Shown piece by piece: positions 1 to 8,898 of a stretch of DNA of 48,572 bases. This DNA comes from a virus. Its lineage: Duplodnaviria; Heunggongvirae; Uroviricota; Caudoviricetes. Numbering within the stretch: the first letter of the stretch is position 1; every line of letters starts with the position of its first letter. The notes below the pieces were generated by a model. That model was not told the DNA's origin, did not search any database, and worked only from the letters and a program-made list of their open reading frames with translations. Both the position numbers and the translations under genes were made by a program. The DNA lies in IMG/VR virus record IMGVR_UViG_3300028887_000066, positions 307,550 through 356,121 of that record. The stretch is one strand, 5' to 3'.

Positions 1-929
1 GATGGTTCGACACCAAGGGACTTGTACTTGGCAATAACTTTTTCTGTTTCCTCATGTTCATCGCCACTATCTACACGTAATCCATCAAACATCTTAGCCA
101 TATCTTTAGACAAGTTATTGAAAAAAACTGTAGACCCAAAACAGTCGAAAAGGAAAATACCAAGATCTCCCGAATACACCTTAGCCCATTTTCTCATTAC
201 GTTATGGTTGCATTCAAATACGCCACTTACACATTCTTCGAATGAAATAATTTGATGGCTCATAGTGCCAATGGGGGTAATATTGAATTCTTTAGCGAAC
301 CACACATTCGACGTACCGACAAATTTTCCAAAACAGGCTAAATCTTCGAAGCTATCATTATATGCTTTAACAAGAGCATCAAGAATAATACGATGATTAT
401 CAAATGAGAAGCGTCGTCTTGTACCCATATCGCTCAGTAGCAGACCATTAGCAAAAGCCTTCTTACCCTTTTCATATGCAGATTGCCATTCATAATCAGC
501 ATCAAACTTCGCCAAATCTCCATTAATCTCGTGCATAAGTTCAGAGATAGTCGAAAGAATGGGCATTTCCCACATAATAGTAGAATACCATTTACCCTCA
601 ATCATAATAGACAAATAACCTTCAGGATCTTGGAAAATGTGTACTTCTGATGGATTAAAACGATAACCCCTCAAAAATGTGAAATACCATTCAGGAAGGA
701 AATATACCTTATTTTTCATAAAAGCGATTTCCTCATCAGTAATAACAACATCCTTCATGCCATTGATTTGTTCCTGAAGCATTTGCCCGAACCCTTTCGG
801 GTAACGGGTATGATTACGATCAAAGAACGTATATCTTACCTCAGAACGTGGATACGTCTGAAGGATATAATACTGACATGAAAATGTGTATAGATCATTA
901 TCAGTAAAATGTGTTACAATTTGTCTCAT
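1..929 (-). CDS. pncB: Nicotinate phosphoribosyltransferase (3' end runs off the window)
   Basis: Not in the ORF track because it has no stop in the window. Manual translation from ATG 929 gives MRQIVTHFTDNDLYTFSCQYYIL...LSDMGTRRRFS...VGTSNVWFA...PIGTMSHQ...GLRVDSGD, the hallmark NAPRTase motifs. Confidence 0.92.
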   Translation of the reverse strand, partial: MRQIVTHFTDNDLYTFSCQYYILQTYPRSEVRYTFFDRNHTRYPKGFGQMLQEQINGMKDVVITDEEIAFMKNKVYFLPEWYFTFLRGYRFNPSEVHIFQDPEGYLSIMIEGKWYSTIMWEMPILSTISELMHEINGDLAKFDADYEWQSAYEKGKKAFANGLLLSDMGTRRRFSFDNHRIILDALVKAYNDSFEDLACFGKFVGTSNVWFAKEFNITPIGTMSHQIISFEECVSGVFECNHNVMRKWAKVYSGDLGIFLFDCFGSTVFFNNLSKDMAKMFDGLRVDSGDEHEETEKVIAKYKSLGVEP

Positions 930-956
930 ATAAAACTTCTATTAAAATTAGTGATG

Positions 957-988
957 CAAAGATAAGATTATTATTCTGCACCACCAAA
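957..988 (-). promoter_or_regulatory. Bacteroidetes primary-sigma-type promoter upstream of pncB
   Basis: Minus strand TTTG (988-985), 20-nt spacer, TATCTTTG (964-957) then CA; matches the -33/-7 consensus. Confidence 0.8.
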
Positions 989-998
989 TATTCTTCAA

Positions 999-1856
999 TT
1001 AATTTTCGTATAGTTCTCGTTTAATCACAATCGGCAAATGTTTGCGTTTAAATGCCGACTTTTCGTGACGGCGCAACACCTTACTTACCGTTTCAGTACC
1101 GTATTTCTTGTAACATTCTACAATACCCTCATCGCCTTTATCAAGGAATGACTGTAGAATATCATCTACCTCTTCATATGTATGCCCTGGCGCAATCTGA
1201 GCCATATCACCACCATCTGCTACGCCATTACCGTCTGTAGGGGTAATATCACAGGCTGCTTTCAATGCATTAAACTTATCAGGAATTAAGTTAAATGTAA
1301 ATGAATACAAATTCCTCGCAAGTTCATACACTTCATGTTTCCATAGCCCGCCAATAGGGTTAAAATCACATACATCCCCATGTATAGTGAAAAAACCTAA
1401 GTTATTTTCAGTCATATTATCCGTATCAATTACCAAGCCATTCATTACAGACGCGATATTATACAGATAAATCATACGTAAACGGGCTTTTATATTACCT
1501 TGGGAAATTCTTGTTGATGAAAAATGCTGCTCACAAGTTGCTTTCATCAACATATACTCTTTTTGAAGGTTCTCTACCCAATAATCGTCTTCCCGACAAA
1601 ATGCCTTCATCGTCAGCAATGCACTGTTATTTTCATTTTCCTTATTGCTCGAACATGGTAGGCTTACACCGATAAAACGGAATTTCTGATTCGGAAAACG
1701 GTTTACCACTTCACTGCAAATGGCCGCGCAGACCGTACTGTCAAGACCGCCAGAAATCCCCAACACCATTGTTTTCAAATGGTTGTCAATAAGATACTGT
1801 GCCGTTTCATCAACTAAGGTTTCAAAAACCCTATTATAATCCAAAATTTTACTCAT
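999..1856 (-). CDS. nadE: NH3-dependent NAD+ synthetase
   Basis: VLGISGGLDSTV PP-loop, GNIKARLRM, TDNMTENNLGFFTIHGD; no glutaminase domain. ATG 1856 preferred over TTG 1865. Confidence 0.93.
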   Translation of the reverse strand: MSKILDYNRVFETLVDETAQYLIDNHLKTMVLGISGGLDSTVCAAICSEVVNRFPNQKFRFIGVSLPCSSNKENENNSALLTMKAFCREDDYWVENLQKEYMLMKATCEQHFSSTRISQGNIKARLRMIYLYNIASVMNGLVIDTDNMTENNLGFFTIHGDVCDFNPIGGLWKHEVYELARNLYSFTFNLIPDKFNALKAACDITPTDGNGVADGGDMAQIAPGHTYEEVDDILQSFLDKGDEGIVECYKKYGTETVSKVLRRHEKSAFKRKHLPIVIKRELYEN

Positions 1857-2030
1857 TGTCTTCAATTAACTCATATTTATAATTTTTCCCTTCATATTCC
1901 ATATTATACTGACAAGCGAAACCCATAAGCATTGTCCCAAATGTATTAAAGGCTGAGTCAGCTTTGACGTTTCACAGGGTGGCCAATGCCATTGCCCTCA
2001 CCGTCCAGACACCCGCACCTCTACGGGCGT

Positions 2031-2201
2031 TTATTTTGTTTCCTTATTATTTATTCTTTTCCATTCCCATCCTTTTGGATATGGTTTCCATCCTTCAACT
2101 TTCGGTAGATTATGAATGTTAAAATCACCCATAAAATAACCACAGCTCATCAATTCTTTGTGTACGATTTCTTTAAGAACCTGAATGTCGTTTTCATCCA
2201 T
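2031..2201 (-). CDS. Small hypothetical protein (56 aa, MDENDIQVLKEIVHKELMSCG...)
   Basis: Manual translation; ATG lies 4 nt after the pncA stop; below the ORF-track length cutoff. Confidence 0.6.
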   Translation of the reverse strand: MDENDIQVLKEIVHKELMSCGYFMGDFNIHNLPKVEGWKPYPKGWEWKRINNKETK

Positions 2202-2204
2202 TGA

Positions 2205-2807
2205 TCAAACAATCTTTACTCCAAAGTTTTCTATTTCCTTCAATGCCGATTCCTTGTCACCAATACAAGGGCAATAATCCTTCAATAGCGTAACATTGAT
2301 GCCTAATTCACTTGAATGTTTTGCAAGATTATGGGCCGTATTCAGTACGCAGTAATCCAATGCAATTCCGCAAATTTCAATATCAGAATTATCGATGAAC
2401 TGTTGCGATGAGCCAGTAATGTTATTCACGGAAAAACGATAAATGCCACCGTCATTATAAAGACTCACAACATCAAACGCACCATACTCTTCCTCAGTAT
2501 CGCAGTTTCCTTTTTTGAAAACCTTTATTCTCAAACCCTTATCAATACAGGCATTCATCAATTTCTTTGAAATTCCTGCCCCTTCCGTAAACTGTATGCA
2601 ATGTGAAGGCCATTCACCACCATTATTCTTAAATGAGCAATGTTTCGGACTGTGCCAATCAATCGTAAAAATAACTTCGTCAATAGATTTATTCGTATAA
2701 ATATATTTGACCAACTCATCCTCAACCAATTCTGAACCGTTCACATAAAGTGAGCCTTTTGGATTTGCAAAATCATGTTGAAAATCAACTATTACCAATG
2801 TTTTCAT
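2205..2807 (-). CDS. pncA: Nicotinamidase (isochorismatase family)
   Basis: LVIVDFQHDF (catalytic Asp), DWHSPKH and WPSHC metal ligands, FKKG (Lys), GIALDYCV (Cys). Confidence 0.92.
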   Translation of the reverse strand: MKTLVIVDFQHDFANPKGSLYVNGSELVEDELVKYIYTNKSIDEVIFTIDWHSPKHCSFKNNGGEWPSHCIQFTEGAGISKKLMNACIDKGLRIKVFKKGNCDTEEEYGAFDVVSLYNDGGIYRFSVNNITGSSQQFIDNSDIEICGIALDYCVLNTAHNLAKHSSELGINVTLLKDYCPCIGDKESALKEIENFGVKIV

Positions 2808-2966
2808 ATTTCTCAATCTTTAAAATTATGTTTGTTGTTTTTAATATAATCGTTAACAAAGACGTAGAATAAACCTCGTTTCGTGTTTGAATCATAACTA
2901 TACCGTATCGGCCCAAGTGTGGGATGGTATTTTGTATCACGTTTTGCCGTCACAAGAAAATACTCG

Positions 2967-3527
2967 TCACTCGACAGTATCTTCGTACATATCTTCAGTA
3001 ATTTTGCAATCTTCTTCATGAATTGCCTCCCATTCTCCGTCATATTTTTCACTGATCGAACCCACATGTCCGACCTCATTACTAATACAAGTTAACAACA
3101 TACGGTACGCTCCATCCAAAGGAGTTTCTCCATATGCCTCAAGCCATTTCTTCCCGTTTTTGAAATGGAAATTGTCCTCCTCGATCTCTTTCTTATTTTC
3201 ATCCTTATTATAATAGGTAAAAATGTAAAACGGAGCATCCTTCATAAATCCTAACGGGCCGCTGAATTTCTTTCCACCATCTTCCTCGATAATCCACTCA
3301 TGCAACTTATAAAGGAAATCACAAAGAGAATAGGTAGGTACACCATCAATGGATGTATCTTTTTCCTTCAGCACTTTCAATTCGTTTTTCCCAACAACAT
3401 ATTCCTTATCATTTTTCTTTATGATAAAAAATTGTGCGTCATTCATATTTACCCCCTTGTCAATGAGTATCTTACTCATATCAGGACGAATAAACACGTG
3501 TTTCAAATATTTGTCAAACAACAACAT
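2967..3527 (-). CDS. Hypothetical protein, distantly similar to the small-gene family at 15653-18332
   Basis: ORF track; MSKILIDKG...VPTYSLCDFLYKL resembles SKKLIELG...PAWSLSALL. Confidence 0.7.
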   Translation of the reverse strand: MLLFDKYLKHVFIRPDMSKILIDKGVNMNDAQFFIIKKNDKEYVVGKNELKVLKEKDTSIDGVPTYSLCDFLYKLHEWIIEEDGGKKFSGPLGFMKDAPFYIFTYYNKDENKKEIEEDNFHFKNGKKWLEAYGETPLDGAYRMLLTCISNEVGHVGSISEKYDGEWEAIHEEDCKITEDMYEDTVE

Positions 3528-3529
3528 AA

Positions 3530-3853
3530 CTACTCACATTTTGTGTATTCTTTCAAATCCCTTTTAGCAATTTTCAAGCCTTTATTCATATACTTCAAGA
3601 CCTCTTTCTCAGTTTTTTCGTCTAAATCCATCAACTTAATGTTATTTTTGACAAATGACATCATTTCAATTGAATCCTCACATGACTGCGCATCTATTAA
3701 GTTATCTGAACTAATAAACGACGCTAAAATAAGATACCGCAATTCACCCTCAAAACCTGACTTGTAATTAAGGACTCTTGTGCAAAAATCATATAGAGGT
3801 TTATTCTTCTTCAAATTGTCGAAAAATTGCGTTTCTTTATCTTTTCTTTTCAT
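3530..3853 (-). CDS. Hypothetical protein
   Basis: ORF track; tightly packed in a minus-strand operon. Confidence 0.7.
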   Translation of the reverse strand: MKRKDKETQFFDNLKKNKPLYDFCTRVLNYKSGFEGELRYLILASFISSDNLIDAQSCEDSIEMMSFVKNNIKLMDLDEKTEKEVLKYMNKGLKIAKRDLKEYTKCE

Positions 3854-4119
3854 ACTATAATCTCAATTAAAAACAAAATGACAATGCATAACAGGCATAA
3901 TACGACAAAACAACCGATTAATGCAAAACTGCATCCTGAATATGGATTATCCGATTTTAATTTTATATCGGCCGAATTATACCGTTTGCGTTTCTCATTC
4001 CATTCGACAAAAGAATAATATGGACGCAAATACCAAGGAGCCGCCCATTTATTTATGGAAGCGTTTATCTCTTTCATGCCAATCACCCTTCCACATTCTT
4101 TATAAATCCAATAACTCAT
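3850..4119 (-). CDS. Hypothetical protein with C-terminal transmembrane helix
   Basis: ORF track; ATGA overlap with the next gene; FALIGCFVVLCLLCIVILFLIEIIV. Confidence 0.7.
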   Translation of the reverse strand: MSYWIYKECGRVIGMKEINASINKWAAPWYLRPYYSFVEWNEKRKRYNSADIKLKSDNPYSGCSFALIGCFVVLCLLCIVILFLIEIIV

Positions 4120-4233
4120 ATCTATTTCGTTACTTGAATCGAATATTCATTGACTACTGAATCGCAGAATCCTCTTATATCATCTTTTGTAAAACAATAA
4201 TATGTCTTCCCATTGAAAAATCCTGTCTTCAAA

Positions 4234-5031
4234 TTATGTTTCAACAAAAGATTCTTTAACTTTTCTCTCGTCATCGTCCGTTTCTTTTAGTTTTTTTAGA
4301 AGACTTTCAAGGATTGGTATTACCTTGTCTTTATATTTCTGCCCACCACCGTACAATACAGTTTCGAATGTTTCAACCTTAACATTCTTCATATCATCGA
4401 AACCACCTTTCAAATTCGTTAGAACTTCCATTGAATTGTTTAAATTTACAATAGACTCCACACCTATAATGGTATTAATGATATTAACGGCTTCCTCCGC
4501 ATCCTTGAATGTCGGACTAATAAATGAACCTCCATTTAATCCACGATAAATTAAACCACTTCCCGTATCCTCTTCATTGGCTCCATAATTGTAATCCATC
4601 TTATATGAAATGGTAAGAATTGGATCCCCATACACGTTTCGCATTATGTACTCGTCTCTTGTTCCGTCTTCCCAACTTCCACGTTTCATTTTTAGAACCT
4701 TCGTCAAATACCAGTTGATTTTCTGTTCCTCCTTACAGGATTTACGGAAATTAGGGTCATAGCAATCGGCAGGGAAAAACAATGAATCGTTGAATTTATT
4801 TACATCATTGATCAATTTATCGGTATTTGTATACTTGACTCCGTTATAAATAACACTTTTCTTTGCCGTATTACTTACAATTACCCTGCATACAAACTGC
4901 CTTCCACATTTATCATCATTGGCATAGACATCATACTCCCCTTTCTCACCATTATATGCCTTACAGACAAAATAAGATTCATTCAATGCTTTCAGAATTT
5001 CATTCGTTGTCTTTAACTTTTCGTTTACCAT
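4234..5031 (-). CDS. Hypothetical protein (265 aa)
   Basis: Long ORF directly downstream of a host-type promoter. Confidence 0.8.
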   Translation of the reverse strand: MVNEKLKTTNEILKALNESYFVCKAYNGEKGEYDVYANDDKCGRQFVCRVIVSNTAKKSVIYNGVKYTNTDKLINDVNKFNDSLFFPADCYDPNFRKSCKEEQKINWYLTKVLKMKRGSWEDGTRDEYIMRNVYGDPILTISYKMDYNYGANEEDTGSGLIYRGLNGGSFISPTFKDAEEAVNIINTIIGVESIVNLNNSMEVLTNLKGGFDDMKNVKVETFETVLYGGGQKYKDKVIPILESLLKKLKETDDDERKVKESFVET

Positions 5032-5057
5032 TTTTATATCATTCTTTAAGTTTAATG

Positions 5058-5089
5058 CAAAGATAAGAGTATTTTATGAAACGGCCAAA
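5058..5089 (-). promoter_or_regulatory. Bacteroidetes-type promoter heading the operon that runs into pncA/nadE
   Basis: TTTG (5089-5086), 20-nt spacer, TATCTTTG (5065-5058) then CA. Confidence 0.8.
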
Positions 5090-5101
5090 TATACTTGAAA
5101 A

Positions 5102-5425
5102 TTATTTCAAACGATATTCCAAATTCAAAGCCTCCATTATAAGGTTGAATTGGTATACGGTCGAAATGTCTGCGGAACCAATAGAATCGCACACCTCATT
5201 ATCAACATGCAATCCCCATAATGCATTATTGTTTGTAATTCCATAGGACATTACAATAAGTGCTTTCCCATCAGGTGTCCATAATTGCCACTCAGAATAG
5301 TTTTTCACGCCATTCCCTTCCCAAAACTCCTTTTCATAACTTTTTGTTATGTCCTTAAAGCCTGCAATGATAAGATCCGAAACATCTATATCTCTTTTAT
5401 CGGTGGTATTTTCGTATAATGCCAT
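5102..5425 (-). CDS. Hypothetical protein
   Basis: ORF track; co-oriented with neighbours. Confidence 0.7.
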   Translation of the reverse strand: MALYENTTDKRDIDVSDLIIAGFKDITKSYEKEFWEGNGVKNYSEWQLWTPDGKALIVMSYGITNNNALWGLHVDNEVCDSIGSADISTVYQFNLIMEALNLEYRLK

Positions 5426-5763
5426 CTTAAAACATTTAATATCTTTTTATTATCAAACACATTTTCTATAAAATGGAAATCATCTGTATTATCCTGTTTA
5501 ATTTCGACAAACCCCTCCCATTTACAATGTGTACCATCGTTATTCGTAGCTAATGATACGGCTTCTACATATGCCGCTTTTCGTATGGAATTATCTCTTA
5601 ACACAACAGAACACGGGCCAGAGAAAATTATTTGTATAGGGTATTCATCATACACAAATAATGGTGTCGGAATAGCGTCACGTACCTCGATATACCTTTC
5701 TCCTTCAACGTAATCCATGTGTATCGTAAACGATGTTGTGCCTTGTCTCCTAATACTCTCCAT
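5386..5763 (-). CDS. Hypothetical protein (start may be ATG 5718)
   Basis: ORF track. Confidence 0.6.
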   Translation of the reverse strand: MESIRRQGTTSFTIHMDYVEGERYIEVRDAIPTPLFVYDEYPIQIIFSGPCSVVLRDNSIRKAAYVEAVSLATNNDGTHCKWEGFVEIKQDNTDDFHFIENVFDNKKILNVLRWHYTKIPPIKEI

Positions 5764-6073
5764 AGCCTTCAGGCATTACCTTTCTGTTACTATCTGGCAA
5801 AGAAAAATTAAATGGTGGCTGCGTTTGTGGTTTTTCTATAATAGAGCCTACTTCACTCGTTCCCATTGTGTATTCATCAACACTTTCATATACGATTTTT
5901 TCAACAGTACAAGGATAAATAACTATCTTACCGTTTACGAAATCTTCATATTGATACCCGTTTTTTAATACAAAGTCCACATCCTCCTCTTTAATCTCAA
6001 ATTCGGTTCCCTGATTCCATCTTTCATTTCCTTGTGACAGTTTCGCAAAATACTTTATTAAACTTTTACTCAT
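5750..6073 (-). CDS. Hypothetical protein
   Basis: ORF track. Confidence 0.7.
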   Translation of the reverse strand: MSKSLIKYFAKLSQGNERWNQGTEFEIKEEDVDFVLKNGYQYEDFVNGKIVIYPCTVEKIVYESVDEYTMGTSEVGSIIEKPQTQPPFNFSLPDSNRKVMPEGYGEY

Positions 6074-6160
6074 AATGTATTTAAATTTATTTCCATGTAA
6101 ACATACAATTTTTATCTATCACTAAACTATTTATTATAGTATAATAACCATTTAATCGTT

Positions 6161-6793
6161 ATGAAAATTAAGGAATCCGAACTTAAAACAATGATAAAGG
6201 AAAGCATTTCAAAAATACTTTTGGAAGCATTCAAATCAAATAAACTAAGAGATTTTTTCAAAAATCACGGGGGAGTCGATACATATTATCGCCAATTCTC
6301 ACTGGGGGACATTTCTGATGAACAAATCAACTATTATCAAGAAATGCCAACACACAATGATGCCATAAAACTAATTTGGGATTTAAAGAGACCTGATTCA
6401 AGGGGAATACGTTCAGATGCCGATATGAAATCACTTTTCCAATGCTATACGGCTAAAGATGGTACGTCTGTTGTCGTAGGTATTGACAGAAAAACGATAA
6501 AGACAGGTTCAACTTGGGGAGGAGAAGAAGAAAAGAAAGTAGCGGACAGACTTATGAGTAATGGATGGAATTTCAAAACAAGGGATAACCGTTACGTAGA
6601 TGATTCTGATACATATTATTACAATAGCCCAGCCAAAGATTTTGGACTTTATAAAAGTGATAACTACAAAGGTAAATTAAGTGATTTGGAAAAACAGAAG
6701 AGGCATCCAGATTATGATGAATATAGGAGAGAGGCCGTCAAGAACCTAAAACGATATATGCAGCGTTGGTATCCCAATTTCCCGAAAAAATAA
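6161..6793 (+). CDS. Hypothetical, probably head-associated protein with IKES/LLE-type N-terminus
   Basis: MKIKESELKTMIKESISKILLEAF; preceded by TATTTATTATA (starts 6128); followed by a terminator. Confidence 0.7.
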   Translation: MKIKESELKTMIKESISKILLEAFKSNKLRDFFKNHGGVDTYYRQFSLGDISDEQINYYQEMPTHNDAIKLIWDLKRPDSRGIRSDADMKSLFQCYTAKDGTSVVVGIDRKTIKTGSTWGGEEEKKVADRLMSNGWNFKTRDNRYVDDSDTYYYNSPAKDFGLYKSDNYKGKLSDLEKQKRHPDYDEYRREAVKNLKRYMQRWYPNFPKK

Positions 6794-6822
6794 TACCGTT
6801 CCTTTTGGAGCGGTATCTTTTT
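6793..6822. terminator. Intrinsic terminator between convergent genes
   Basis: ATACCGTTCC-TTTT-GGAGCGGTAT followed by a T-run. Confidence 0.7.
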
Positions 6823-7366
6823 AATATGTTATATTTTCAATAAACACTTTCAGCACTTTTTTCTTATCATCTACTTTCACATTTTCCCAACACATATCAA
6901 GCAATTCATCACTTGCTGTTTCATTTGTAATCTTGAAATCCGTGTATATTGACGACAATAATTTTACTTTATCCTCGTTTGGTAAAGTAGAGAATATCCC
7001 ATCAAAATTACCGTATTTGAAGTTTGCCGTATATATCGTCTTGAAGTCTATGTCGTACCATACAGAGAAAGCATTCAATAAATCATTTTCTATGACATCG
7101 GAAAAAAATTCCACCGCATCGTTTATAGTATAGCTTTTCGGCTTCTCCTGTCTTTCCTCGAAATAGTCTTTCATTAGGTCTATCAGCTCCTTATTAGACA
7201 TATCCCATATAGACTCGATAAACGCGGAAATCCCCCCACTGTAACAAAAATGGTCATTTTCATATGTAGAGAAACCTATTTTTACATAAGTGGATTTATC
7301 AACTTTTTTTAGATTTGAAAAATACCTACCTAATTCATAGTTACTGAGTTCATTCAAAATATCCAT
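6821..7366 (-). CDS. Hypothetical protein
   Basis: ORF track; preceded by AAAGGAG-AAAT-ATG. Confidence 0.75.
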   Translation of the reverse strand: MDILNELSNYELGRYFSNLKKVDKSTYVKIGFSTYENDHFCYSGGISAFIESIWDMSNKELIDLMKDYFEERQEKPKSYTINDAVEFFSDVIENDLLNAFSVWYDIDFKTIYTANFKYGNFDGIFSTLPNEDKVKLLSSIYTDFKITNETASDELLDMCWENVKVDDKKKVLKVFIENITY

Positions 7367-7404
7367 ATTTCTCCTTTCTAAAATTTAACAAATTTCTCAT
7401 TATA

Positions 7405-7476
7405 TGGCGAGATAGTAAGCATTGTTATAACCTTTATTACTTTATCTCGCCAATTTTCTCGCCATGTGGCGAGATA
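7405..7476. repeat. Four copies of TCTCGCCA/TGGCGAGA in mixed orientation
   Basis: TGGCGAGATA 7405-7414, TATCTCGCCA 7443-7452, TCTCGCCA 7457-7464, TGGCGAGATA 7467-7476. Confidence 0.85.
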
Positions 7477-7488
7477 AAACGGTGTTAA

Positions 7489-7803
7489 TTACTCAAAATA
7501 TTCCTTGATCAGAGCATTAACGGTTTCTAATTCAACGTTAAGGTCTCTAAGCTTTAATTCAATGTCAAAACGACGCTTCACCCACTGTGTCGTATTAAGA
7601 TTTTCACCTACAATCAAATCTTGAGTGGTCTTAACAGACAAATCTTCCATTGATGTAATGTTGTTCTTTAACGCACGTATCTCCTTTTCAATTCGACGCT
7701 TTTCATCTTCAAAAGCCTCTTTTGTCTCTTCCGCGATTACGCTTGCTCTCTTTTTCAAAAGACTGTCACCCGTCTCTGTCAAACAATTAATAAACTTTCC
7801 CAT
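7489..7803 (-). CDS. Hypothetical coiled-coil protein
   Basis: ORF track; heptad-rich. Confidence 0.7.
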   Translation of the reverse strand: MGKFINCLTETGDSLLKKRASVIAEETKEAFEDEKRRIEKEIRALKNNITSMEDLSVKTTQDLIVGENLNTTQWVKRRFDIELKLRDLNVELETVNALIKEYFE

Positions 7804-7825
7804 ATTCTTTACTATTTTTTTACTT

Positions 7826-8122
7826 TTAATACTTATACTTTAATTTGTAACGTTGCAAATTACTATTAATGGTATCTGCCTTTTTAGTTTTGCCATTAGA
7901 TTTACTGATTTTATTCTCAAAATTCTCTATCTTTTCTTTTAAGGAATTTCCACTTTCGCTCTGTATCATATGCATTGTTTCCAATTCCTTATACAGTTCA
8001 ATGTTATCGATCAATGGTTTCTCCACCTTACCACCCAACTCCTTGTATAAATCGGTCTCAATACTCATACTAAACGTCAGCCGATTGTCGCCTTTATCAT
8101 AGATTTTTAAATCGTCACCCAT
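7826..8122 (-). CDS. Hypothetical protein
   Basis: ORF track. Confidence 0.65.
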   Translation of the reverse strand: MGDDLKIYDKGDNRLTFSMSIETDLYKELGGKVEKPLIDNIELYKELETMHMIQSESGNSLKEKIENFENKISKSNGKTKKADTINSNLQRYKLKYKY

Positions 8123-8136
8123 CTAATTTAGTTTTT

Positions 8137-8898
8137 TTAGATATTACTTATTCTTTCTTTTGCGTAGTTATATTGATTTTCGGAAATTTCACTACCAATA
8201 TACCCAAGCCCCTTTTTCTTGCATGAAACCGCTGTCGTACCACTACCCATAAATGGATCATAAACTACCCAACCATCCTGTGTATATGTGTCTAAAAGTT
8301 TAGTACATAATTCACTTGAATATGTTGCCTGATTATATGGGCATTTTCCATCATTGTTGGGGGCATCTACAAAATTATACGTAGCCTCATAATATTTTTG
8401 CCCTGTATTTTCTCTTATCGATTTTACCTTTCTATTATTCTCATACGAATTCATTTCATCCTTACGGGTAAATATGAATACAAATTCCCAATTACGGCTA
8501 AGTCTTTTACCGTTTGCAGGAAATGGTAAACCACATCTTTTTTTCCATATGATAGTATCGACAAGTCTGAAAATAGTATTTTTTTCTATTTCGACGATCA
8601 ATTTATACGGCAATGACGGATTTTCAATGGAATACGAAAAATTATATATAATACTTCTTTGATGATTTAGCACCATATTAAATTTATTAAACAACTCAAC
8701 AGTCCATTGAAGATATTCATCCTCACTTTTCCAATCGTCATATATATCATAACGTCCAGTATCAGCATATCCACCTTTTCGCTTTGTCATATTATAAGGT
8801 GGAGACGTGAGAATGGTATCCACCTTGAAATTAGTGGATACCATATTCTCCATAGTTAAGAAACAATTTTCATTATATATTTTATTTGTCTCTATCAT
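8137..8898 (-). CDS. DNA N4-cytosine/N6-adenine methyltransferase (beta group)
   Basis: ILTSPPYN catalytic motif precedes VYDPFMGSGTTA SAM-binding motif. Confidence 0.92.
   Translation of the reverse strand: MIETNKIYNENCFLTMENMVSTNFKVDTILTSPPYNMTKRKGGYADTGRYDIYDDWKSEDEYLQWTVELFNKFNMVLNHQRSIIYNFSYSIENPSLPYKLIVEIEKNTIFRLVDTIIWKKRCGLPFPANGKRLSRNWEFVFIFTRKDEMNSYENNRKVKSIRENTGQKYYEATYNFVDAPNNDGKCPYNQATYSSELCTKLLDTYTQDGWVVYDPFMGSGTTAVSCKKKGLGYIGSEISENQYNYAKERISNI

Noticed and set aside
4-20. GGTTCGA, resembling a tRNA T-loop
   Set aside because: Lies on the antisense strand of the pncB frame with no cloverleaf; no tRNA was recognised in the window.
1855-2036. Minus-strand frame NARRGAGVWTVRAMALATL*NVKADSAF...IEDNE* as a TGA-readthrough or selenoprotein gene
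   Set aside because: No proper start, no Cys/Sec-type motif and no other sign of TGA recoding; a decayed ORF or structured RNA is simpler.
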